A stretch of DNA of 64,000 nt from an uncultured Aliarcobacter sp. (GTDB lineage Bacteria > Campylobacterota > Campylobacteria > Campylobacterales > Arcobacteraceae): positions 32,001 through 96,000 of the forward strand of contig CAXXLV010000002.1 of NCBI GenBank assembly GCA_963664305.2. Direction: 5' to 3'. The notes under the pieces are model-generated. The model saw only the letters and a program-made list of their open reading frames with translations, ran no database searches and was not told the origin of the DNA. Position numbers and translations under genes: made by a program. Every line of letters begins with the position of its first letter. Within the stretch, counting starts at the first letter, position 1. Below, one piece after another: positions 63,168 to 64,000 of the stretch.

Positions 63168-63704
63168 ATTGCAGAACTTAACAATGAAGTTCCAGAAGAT
63201 ATGGTGTTTTTTATAAAACCAAATTCTGCAATTTCAGATAAATTAAATTTCCCACAAAATCAAAATTCTTGTCATTATGAAGCGGAAATTTCTTTTTTAA
63301 TTGAAGATGATAAAATCACTGGTGTTGGATTTGGTTTGGATTTGACATTAAGAGAAGTACAAAGTAAATTAAAAGAAAAAGGACTTCCTTGGGAAAGAGC
63401 AAAAGCATTTGATGGTTCAGCTGTTTTTTCTAAATTTGTAAGTTTTGCAGATGAAATTTCTAAATTAGGAATAGAGCTTTATATAAATGGAGAACTAAAA
63501 CAAAAAGGTGATTACTCTTTGATGATAAATAAACCAATCGATATTATAAAAGAGGCAAAAACTTTTTTAAGCTTTGAAGATGGAGATATTCTAATGAGTG
63601 GAACTCCAAAGGGAGTAGGGGCATTTAAAAAAGGTGATATTTTTCTTGGAAAGATACTTTTTGATGATAAAATTATATTAGAGCAAGAGTTTAAAGTCTT
63701 TTAG
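63168..63704 (+). pseudogene. 3' fragment (178 aa) of the interrupted host FAH-family gene
   Basis: IAELNNEVPEDMVFFIKPNS... continues exactly after MDH of 36766..36843, giving a 204-aa protein. Confidence 0.9.
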
Positions 63705-63761
63705 AAAAAATATTTTTTTATGTTATAATATTTCATTTTAACTTTTAAAGAAAGGCTTAAA

Positions 63762-64000
63762 ATGAAATATATAATTTTTTTACTTCTCTTTGTTTCGGTG
63801 CTTTTCTCTAATGTTGAAAAAAATAATAATTTAATATTTACAAAAGAAGAGTTAGACTGGATAAAAAATAATCCTAAAATAAAAGTTGGTATTGATACCA
63901 ATTGGCCTCCATTTGATTACATAGATATCACAGGACAACATCAAGGTATTTCTTCTGAATATTTGAATTTAGTTTCAAAATATACTGGTTTAAAATTTGA
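63762..64000 (+). CDS. Substrate-binding (PBPb) domain sensor protein, runs off the window
   Basis: MKYIIFLLLF signal, FTKEELDWIKNNPKIKVGIDTNWPPFDY. Confidence 0.75.
   Translation, partial: MKYIIFLLLFVSVLFSNVEKNNNLIFTKEELDWIKNNPKIKVGIDTNWPPFDYIDITGQHQGISSEYLNLVSKYTGLKF

Noticed and set aside
36835..63175. Target-site duplication or direct att core at the island ends
   Set aside because: No direct repeat found at the two junctions; only inverted repeats.
63201..63704. Apparently intact 167-aa FAH gene
   Set aside because: It lacks the conserved CIGRNY..H N-terminus, which lies 26 kb upstream at 36766; it is the 3' half of a split gene.

Overview
AT-rich Campylobacterota chromosome, most consistent with Arcobacter/Aliarcobacter (gene content and tmRNA tag ANNTNYAPAYAKAA). 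Bases 1-36.8 kb are mostly core genome: porin, RraA-family gene, ssrA, a carboxy(nor)spermidine operon with an unannotated rubredoxin, two ppk2, tig-clpP-def, an MCP/PAS pair, comM-like gene-era-type II secretion/competence genes, corA, folE, purL, an Amt-GGDEF fusion, purH, a sensor kinase, bioA, a Nudix gene and a TauE gene. The main discovery is a 26.3 kb integrative element (36844-63167) inserted inside a fumarylacetoacetate-hydrolase (FAH) family gene, splitting it between codons ...GRNYMDH and IAELNNE.... The element has 16-bp imperfect terminal inverted repeats and palindromic AATGTACATT boxes. It encodes a four-gene module of three tyrosine-recombinase-fold proteins plus a small protein (GInt ginABCD-like, third gene frameshifted) and, directly after it, its own intact diverged copy of the FAH gene it disrupted. 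Its cargo is a decayed IS256-family region, two XRE regulators and a roughly 13 kb array of orphan hemagglutinin-repeat polymorphic-toxin modules with immunity-like genes, plus Imm70, but no intact secretion partner.
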